Positions 58,346 to 64,000 of a DNA stretch of 64,000 nt are shown here, in pieces. The DNA is from an uncultured Dehalococcoidia bacterium. GTDB lineage: Bacteria; Chloroflexota; Dehalococcoidia; SZUA-161. Every line of letters starts with the position of its first letter. Within the stretch, counting starts at the first letter, position 1. Below the pieces are notes generated by a model that had not been told where the DNA came from, searched no databases, and was given only the letters and a program-made list of their open reading frames with translations. The translations under genes and the position numbers were made by a program. Location of the stretch: positions 69,875 to 133,874 of the forward strand of contig CAZNOI010000005.1 of NCBI GenBank assembly GCA_964574685.1, written 5' to 3'.

Positions 58346-58990
58346 CTAGACTGGTGCAACGGGCTCCGGGGGCTGGATGGCCTCAGGAGTGCTCGTATTC
58401 TCCCGGTGATGATCATAGCTCGGAACAGACAGGGAAGTGTCGTGCGCCGGGATTGGAAGCAGCCTCCGAAGCAGTCGGCCGACCCTCCGGAAAGCCGAGC
58501 GCAGGGCGCTGCGGGGACTCCAACTGCCGTCCACCCAGCCTCTCTTCAGCGTGTTGGACGCAGCCATAGCGGCGAAGTTGATGGCCTTCTGAGGCCCGAA
58601 CCAGCTCGCCAGGTTGATGGCCAGTAGAGGCTCCATTCCCGCCGGGCCGATGAGGGCACCCTGGGTCAGTGCGAGCGCTGCAACCGTACCGACGTTTGGA
58701 AGCTGCTCGACCAGTTGCAGTCTCATCACGTCCAGGGACATGTGGCGGCCCGACCTCCGATAGTCTTTCCTGAAGACAAACCAGTAGCCGGCCACCCACA
58801 GCGAGACATAGCCGACGAAGCTCCCTGCCATGCTCGCGGGGACGATAACGGTAGCTCCCATGTCATCGGTTGCGTAGGCTATTAGAGACCGACCCGCGAA
58901 CGCGCCGAATCCGGCGACGATCTGGACAATTGCCAGCCTGCCGCTGAAGTACTGTCTGACCCTGGCCTTCAACCGCGATATTACCTTCAT
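58346..58990 (-). CDS. hypothetical membrane protein
   Basis: 214 aa with several hydrophobic helices. It lies between the Cys-motif paralogs and the GRE on the same strand. Confidence 0.4.
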   Translation of the reverse strand: MKVISRLKARVRQYFSGRLAIVQIVAGFGAFAGRSLIAYATDDMGATVIVPASMAGSFVGYVSLWVAGYWFVFRKDYRRSGRHMSLDVMRLQLVEQLPNVGTVAALALTQGALIGPAGMEPLLAINLASWFGPQKAINFAAMAASNTLKRGWVDGSWSPRSALRSAFRRVGRLLRRLLPIPAHDTSLSVPSYDHHRENTSTPEAIQPPEPVAPV

Positions 58991-59096
58991 CGCACCACTA
59001 CCTCTATTGTAGCACGGTGCGCCTACGTCACCGGATACAACTCCACTTCCACCGCCTGAACTCGCGGCTGTGCACCTTTTCTCCCGTGGTGAGTGC

Positions 59097-59597
59097 TCAG
59101 GTTGTTATGGCGGGGGGCCTGAGGTGGACCAGCCTGCGACAGGTCTTCGAGCCGGTCGTCAGGGGGCTGTCAAGCAGCTCTATCTGGACCGGGTGCTTGA
59201 CCACTGCCTCGAACATCACCTTGTTGAAGTAGTTGCCGCAGATGCACCAGTCCGGGTTCGGCTCGAGGTGGTTGAGGGCAATCATTGGACACATGCACTC
59301 GCCCTCCACTTCTGGGAAGAAGTCGTAGTGAATGACGTCGCCCTTGCGCTCCAGCTTCCTGGCGCCGGGAAAGGCGTTCATGAGGTCTGTCATGAAGGTG
59401 TCCAGGTCCACGTCGGTGTTCAGGTTCCCGTAGGGCAGGAACAGCGAGTTGCACATCCTGCCTGTGCACTCGACGCACAGCTCCCTCATCGCAGGGTCGA
59501 AGTCCTCCTGGAATACCCGTTTGAGCACCTCGCTCTTCAGCAACCCGACGAAGAACTCCCGCTGCGCGATTTCCTCCTCGGTCAGCTCTTGCGGCAT
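59097..59597 (-). CDS. Cys-motif protein, paralog 1 (uncharacterised family)
   Basis: 166 aa. Motifs shared with the next two genes are GD.(I/V)H, C.CP.I, C.C..N and (C)CR..VHL. Confidence 0.55.
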   Translation of the reverse strand: MPQELTEEEIAQREFFVGLLKSEVLKRVFQEDFDPAMRELCVECTGRMCNSLFLPYGNLNTDVDLDTFMTDLMNAFPGARKLERKGDVIHYDFFPEVEGECMCPMIALNHLEPNPDWCICGNYFNKVMFEAVVKHPVQIELLDSPLTTGSKTCRRLVHLRPPAITT

Positions 59598-59679
59598 TGT
59601 GACCTCCCGTTGCGACCGCAGGCGCTTCTCGTCACCCGCGGTCTTGTCAGGACCTGCCTATTCCTCAGATGGCTGGTCC

Positions 59680-60210
59680 TTACTTCTTGTCCTGCGGCGT
59701 GATGAACTCCGCGTCCTTGAGGTACATGACGTAGCGGCAACAGGGAGCACCCGTTGTCAGCGCGCTGTCTGTGAGCTCGGTCTTGGCAACCGGCATGCCA
59801 ATCGTCTCCAGGTACTGCGCGGCCATGTTCGCTCCGCAGGAGCACAGCTCGGGAAAGGGTTCCATTATGCCCATCTTGATGACTGGGCACTCGCATATGG
59901 GATTACCCTCCTCGTCTGTACTGCAGTGGTACCAGCTGTGCACGACGTCGCCCACCCTCTGTATGGTCCTGGGCCCCAGCGGGGGTTCGAGTTCACTAAG
60001 GTGCTTCACCAGCTCGTCGTACGTCATCTCGGGCCGTATCCCGAGCGCCCATACTGCAAGCGGTGCGCAGGCCTTGGCCATACGCATCATGACGAAGTCC
60101 CTGTGCTCGGGTGGCAGCTCTCTGGCGGCTTGAAGAACGGCGGCCAGCATGCGGGGTACCCAGGTAGTGTAAATCAGTCCCTTGATCTCCTCCGACCACT
60201 CGTGTGGCAT
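59680..60210 (-). CDS. Cys-motif protein, paralog 2
   Basis: 176 aa. PICECPVIKMG...CSCGANMAAQYLE...CCRYVMYLK. Confidence 0.55.
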   Translation of the reverse strand: MPHEWSEEIKGLIYTTWVPRMLAAVLQAARELPPEHRDFVMMRMAKACAPLAVWALGIRPEMTYDELVKHLSELEPPLGPRTIQRVGDVVHSWYHCSTDEEGNPICECPVIKMGIMEPFPELCSCGANMAAQYLETIGMPVAKTELTDSALTTGAPCCRYVMYLKDAEFITPQDKK

Positions 60211-60240
60211 GGCTTGTCCCTCCTTAGTCGGGCTGCTGTC

Positions 60241-60816
60241 CTATCTCTCGTGCTTGACAGAGGTGAACGGGGACGGCTTGAGGTGCACCAGGAACCGGCA
60301 TTTCTCCTCGCCGTTCACCATGGGGCTGCCCAGCGTCTCGACGGTCTCCACTTCCCTGCCCGTGTATTCCTCGATGTAGCTGGCCACGCTGTTGGCCGAA
60401 CAGGCGCAGACCTCGCCTCTGGGCTCAATCCACCCGAACATGATGAGCGGGCACTGGCATATGGGCCGGCCCTTCTCGTCCTTCGGGGGAACGTATGTCC
60501 AGTGAACGATGTCGCCTATCTGGGTAACCTCCCTGGGCCCGAACGGAGGCGCCAGCTCCGCCATATGCTTCTTGTAGGCCTCCCACTCCATGCCCGGCTC
60601 ACAGCCCAGCACGAGCTTGGCCTGGTCACTGCAGGCCTTCGACATCATCATCAGGATGCGGTCCCGGTGCTGGGGCGGCAGTTCGCTTATCCCCTGGTAG
60701 GCTGCATCCATGATCTTGTAGAGCCAGCCATGGAGCAGGTCCTTGATATCGGGGCTATGCTCAAGGTATGCGGTGTCGATAGAGTCCTTCACTTCCGCTG
60801 GTAGTTCGTCCGGCAT
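60241..60816 (-). CDS. Cys-motif protein, paralog 3
   Basis: 191 aa. PICQCPLIMFG...CACSANSVASYIE...CRFLVHLK. Confidence 0.55.
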   Translation of the reverse strand: MPDELPAEVKDSIDTAYLEHSPDIKDLLHGWLYKIMDAAYQGISELPPQHRDRILMMMSKACSDQAKLVLGCEPGMEWEAYKKHMAELAPPFGPREVTQIGDIVHWTYVPPKDEKGRPICQCPLIMFGWIEPRGEVCACSANSVASYIEEYTGREVETVETLGSPMVNGEEKCRFLVHLKPSPFTSVKHER

Positions 60817-60858
60817 TTGTGTCTCCTTTCCGTGATTGACAACGCTGCTACGGGCGGC

Positions 60859-61602
60859 CTATTCCTTGCCCCACTCCACTTCGGGCATGGCCACGGTCCT
60901 GACCTCCTCGGTCTTCGACTCCTCCAGGAACAGGGTCCGGAGCGGAGAGTAGGGGACCAGCCCGTAGAGGAACCTGTAGATGACCTTTGGACGCCACTTC
61001 GCTGCCTCGATCTCCCAGCTCTTGTAGTCGGGGTCTTTCAGCGCGTTCTCGCGTATGGTCACCCAGTCACTGTGGATGTTGCCCGCTGTCCAGATGTTTA
61101 TCACTTCGCCACTGCCTGCGAGGCCGGCCACGGACTTGTAGCAGCCCACGAGCTTCATTCCCCAGTTCCCGGCCATCGGCGCCAGCTTGCTGCCCACGGC
61201 GTGTATGTACTCGTCCTCCTTGCCGGGGGGCGTCTTCGCCAGGGTGTGCAGGTAGATGGTGGCCCTGTATGAGCTGTCGCTCTTGATGTCCGCCAGAGCG
61301 GGCGAGAAGGGGGCCGGCTCCAGCACCTTGCCCGTCCAGTCGCTCACGTAGTCCGGAGCCTCGCGCGACCACACTCTGGCAAGATGGTGGTTGTCCCAGT
61401 AGTCCTGGACCCGGTCGAATGTAGACCAGTCGTCGGTCTCCCACAGGGCCAGGTTCTCGTTGTAGTGTATGCCCACCATGAACATGCCGGTGAGCCTCAG
61501 GCTGTGCTCCTCAGCCTCGGGCAGGTAGTCGGTCTGGAGCACCTTCCAGTATTCCTCCTGGAAACGGGAGACTATCGTTATGCTCTCGTACAGATACAGC
61601 AT
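60859..61602 (-). CDS. NIPSNAP-family protein (two dimeric alpha/beta-barrel halves), paralog 1
   Basis: Start at the internal Met (MLYLYESITIVSRFQEEY). The second half carries KLVGCYKSVAGLAGSGEVINIW. Confidence 0.6.
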   Translation of the reverse strand: MLYLYESITIVSRFQEEYWKVLQTDYLPEAEEHSLRLTGMFMVGIHYNENLALWETDDWSTFDRVQDYWDNHHLARVWSREAPDYVSDWTGKVLEPAPFSPALADIKSDSSYRATIYLHTLAKTPPGKEDEYIHAVGSKLAPMAGNWGMKLVGCYKSVAGLAGSGEVINIWTAGNIHSDWVTIRENALKDPDYKSWEIEAAKWRPKVIYRFLYGLVPYSPLRTLFLEESKTEEVRTVAMPEVEWGKE

Positions 61603-61633
61603 TCTGCTTCCTCCATTCGGCGCCGGTGAACGG

Positions 61634-62308
61634 CTAGTGGAGTACCGAGTAGGGGGCCGGCAGCAGGAACTTGTAGTTCCACTCGCTGCACAGGCCGGCA
61701 AGTCCCTGAACGGTTGATCTCAGCTTCGAGTCCTTCTTCTGCTCCTCCCGGACCCGGCCGAAGTGCGTCCAGTCCTTCAGCGACCAGATGCTGATGATCT
61801 CGCCAGACTCACCGCACGCGCCGAACCAGCGGTAGCAGCCCGCCAGCTTTGAGCCCGTCTGGTCCATGGCAGGCATGAGGCCGTTCTCCATGAGGGCCAG
61901 GAACTCGTCCGTCTTGCCGGGATGGACGCTGAAGGCCCAGCGGCAGTAAAGGCTGTTGCCGGTGAAGTCGCCCTTGTCCTTGCGGGCCTTTATGTCGGCG
62001 GCGGTCGGCGCGAACGGCAGCCCTTCGATCAGGCTGTCGAACCACTCGTCACGGTACCGGAATGCGACGCGGTGCCAGGACAGTCCGTCGCGCTCGTGGA
62101 TGACGTAGTTGGAGAGGCCTTCGAGCGAAGCGACACCTTCCGGCAACTCGGAAAGGAAGAAGGTCTCTCGGTGCCTGAAGGCGACCCGGAAGACGCCGAG
62201 GACGGTCATGTGCCTGTTCAATCCGGGGATAAGGTCGGTCTCCATAACCCTGACGTATTCGTCAATCACGCCGGTGAAGGGATAGGTTGTCTCGTGCAGG
62301 TAGAGCAT
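61634..62308 (-). CDS. NIPSNAP-family protein, paralog 2
   Basis: 224 aa. MLYLHETTYPFTGVIDEY...KLAGCYRWFGACGESGEIISIW. Confidence 0.6.
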   Translation of the reverse strand: MLYLHETTYPFTGVIDEYVRVMETDLIPGLNRHMTVLGVFRVAFRHRETFFLSELPEGVASLEGLSNYVIHERDGLSWHRVAFRYRDEWFDSLIEGLPFAPTAADIKARKDKGDFTGNSLYCRWAFSVHPGKTDEFLALMENGLMPAMDQTGSKLAGCYRWFGACGESGEIISIWSLKDWTHFGRVREEQKKDSKLRSTVQGLAGLCSEWNYKFLLPAPYSVLH

Positions 62309-62636
62309 GGAGGATGTCTCCTTTCTGGAGTCTCGCCCTTCAATGTGGATAGCAGGTCAGGGAACCAAAGGGTGAGCAGGGTCGGTCTCTTGAGGGGCGG
62401 CTTCTGTTCGATCCGGGCGGTCACAGCCTGCCGCACACACCTCACCCTCCGCACGGGCAGAGTCTGGAGGAAATCGGTGCGTCGTCTCGTCGCTGTTGGG
62501 TGAGGAAGATTGTGGATGAATGATTTCGGTTTGTCAAGCCCGCGTTCGCAGTTCGTCCAAGGGTTGCCATTGGGCGTTGGGTGGTACCGCGGGCGGACAG
62601 GCGGGTAGCCTGGGAGCGCTGCAGAGTAGAAAAGGT

Positions 62637-63878
62637 CTACCGCGCTAAGAACGCGTTTTCGGGCCGGAATCCATCAAACAGGTCAGCCAGCAGTCCTCGG
62701 TAAGCCGTCCTGTAGCATGACCACAAGTCCTCGAAAGGGTTCACAACAACCGCAATGACATTCGCGTAATGCGGGGTGTTCATTCGGCTCTCGATAGCTT
62801 CGGTGGCTGTATGCAGCTTGGCCCTGTTGAGCAGTAGAATACCCGGGCACGCGTCGGGCAGTTGGCGTCTTGCCTCTCTTAGGCTCTTTGCGAGAGTTGA
62901 CCTCTGTCGCCTTGACAAGTCTGCTGAACTGACGACTATCTCACCACCGAACGCACCGCTTTCAGGATCAAACAGCCCGCGTGCCCTGGTGCCGACGGTC
63001 ATGCGTCCGACCTTGGTCGACTTCATGGGGAAGTAGTCTGGCTTGTTCTGAGGGACGATGACGTACTCAATGTTGTTGCCTACTTGTTGGACAGGAGTTT
63101 CGCGGATGCCTTCAGCTTCGTCACTAAGCTTGCTCACAAGTGTCGCGAGGTGATCCAAGTCTGATTGAGACGGAACTGTCTTGAAGTTGATCTCCAAGCG
63201 AAGGCCTGCGCTATGCAAGAGTTCCAGAAGGTCATCAGGGAGTTTGGATTGCACATCCTTGACCTGCTCCGAGAAGTGGAGTGAACCTCTGTCTTGGCCG
63301 GTTCTTGACTGTTTGCATTCGCAAAAGAGTTCGATATCATCTTTCATAAGCCGAAAGTCCGGGTTCTTCACTCCTGTTCGCGCGTCAACCTCGGGCTCGT
63401 ACTCGAATGAGAACCCGTTTTCGGAGAAGCGCGACAAGCACTCAAGTTCGAAGAGCGTATCATGGAACTGCCTCATATTGGTCAGCTTGGTTTCCACTTT
63501 CTTCATGAATGCCTGATTGTGACTGTGGTTACGCAGGAACCTCATCGCAGGCAGTATCTGGTCAAGGAAGTTGTAGTGTTGGGCGTGCTTGGGGTGCAAG
63601 TACATGAGCGTTGAGCCCCATTGGATAGTGAAGGCTGAGTCGGGGAAGAACCTCCTGCTGAACGCAATCAGCTCGCTTAGGTCATCCTGATCTGCGAAGG
63701 GCAGAAACCGACCCGATCCCTCCAATTCCTGCACGAATGTTGCTGCGTCGCTCCGAAGGAGAAGATTAAGGTTACGCGAAAAGGCGAACATGAGCTTGAT
63801 GCTGCTATTGTAGGCATTGTTGGGGACACTCGCAATCTTCTGCAATCTGACTTGGAGTAGCGGTAGTACGGCGGCCAA
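62637..63878 (-). CDS. hypothetical protein with a PD-(D/E)xK-like motif, in a lower-GC segment
   Basis: 413 aa. NPDFRLMKDDIELFCECK fits the PD-x13-ExK nuclease core. The local GC is visibly lower than the rest of the window. Confidence 0.45.
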   Translation of the reverse strand: MAAVLPLLQVRLQKIASVPNNAYNSSIKLMFAFSRNLNLLLRSDAATFVQELEGSGRFLPFADQDDLSELIAFSRRFFPDSAFTIQWGSTLMYLHPKHAQHYNFLDQILPAMRFLRNHSHNQAFMKKVETKLTNMRQFHDTLFELECLSRFSENGFSFEYEPEVDARTGVKNPDFRLMKDDIELFCECKQSRTGQDRGSLHFSEQVKDVQSKLPDDLLELLHSAGLRLEINFKTVPSQSDLDHLATLVSKLSDEAEGIRETPVQQVGNNIEYVIVPQNKPDYFPMKSTKVGRMTVGTRARGLFDPESGAFGGEIVVSSADLSRRQRSTLAKSLREARRQLPDACPGILLLNRAKLHTATEAIESRMNTPHYANVIAVVVNPFEDLWSCYRTAYRGLLADLFDGFRPENAFLAR

Positions 63879-63952
63879 TCCTGGCTCTCTTGTTTGACAG
63901 GGCCGTGGCTCACATATAGACTTGCGTTCACAAACCTGACCGGAGGCCCAAC

Positions 63953-64000
63953 ATGGAGGAATTGCAGGACTACAGCGGACCCTACAAGCCCGACCTGAAG
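63953..64000 (+). CDS. 5' end of an unknown ORF (truncated at the window edge)
   Basis: ATG at 63953 gives MEELQDYSGPYKPDLK and runs off the end. Too short to classify. Confidence 0.15.
   Translation, partial: MEELQDYSGPYKPDLK

Noticed and set aside
59449-60804. 451-aa plus-strand ORF
   Set aside because: Antisense to the three Cys-motif paralogs. The paralogs' mutual conservation in the minus frame supports them. The plus frame is R/S-rich with no motifs.
62360-62440. GTTCGATCC (tRNA T-loop-like nonamer) at 62406..62414
   Set aside because: The flanking sequence cannot form a T-stem, an acceptor stem or a CCA end. A chance match, not a tRNA.

Overview
High-GC (roughly 60-65% by eye), densely coding contig that looks bacterial (GroES/GroEL, DnaJ, OmpR-type two-component system, FmdB zinc ribbon) but carries several archaeal-flavoured modules (archaeal-type HMG-CoA synthase/DUF35, PAC2-family paralogs, Mvh-type [NiFe] hydrogenase, dockerin). 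It is probably from an anaerobe. About 55 genes are supported. From the left: (1) a minus-strand acyl-CoA operon (acyl-CoA dehydrogenase, SCP-x-type thiolase, HMGCS-like/DUF35 fusion, acyl-CoA synthetase). (2) Two secreted S8 subtilases, one with an unusual C-terminal Cys-motif anchor, one with a type-I dockerin. (3) A 1718-aa TPR giant. (4) Two tandem small coiled-coil paralogs. (5) An 8-gene minus-strand operon: methyl-THF:corrinoid methyltransferase, corrinoid protein, two non-pyrrolysine MttB-family methyltransferases, DUF1638, RACo-type reductive activase and a two-subunit 2-oxoacid:ferredoxin oxidoreductase. (6) hypFCDE, hypA and a maturation protease, plus a Mvh-like hydrogenase (mvhDGA) led by a GltD/NfnB-like flavoprotein. 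(7) A PP2C phosphatase, two PAC2 paralogs, a histidine kinase/response regulator pair, a heat-shock cluster (groES, groEL, hsp20, dnaJ plus small zinc ribbons), and a P-type ATPase. (8) The most unusual system: a minus-strand cluster of a glycyl radical enzyme with a non-canonical Cys loop, followed by two family-III CoA-transferases and an acyl-CoA dehydrogenase, and preceded by a membrane protein, three Cys-motif paralogs and two NIPSNAP paralogs. (9) A lower-GC ORF with a PD-(D/E)xK-like motif at the right edge. No rRNA, tRNA, CRISPR array or transposase was recognised. Many long ORFs in the six-frame track are antisense or alternate-frame artifacts of the high GC.
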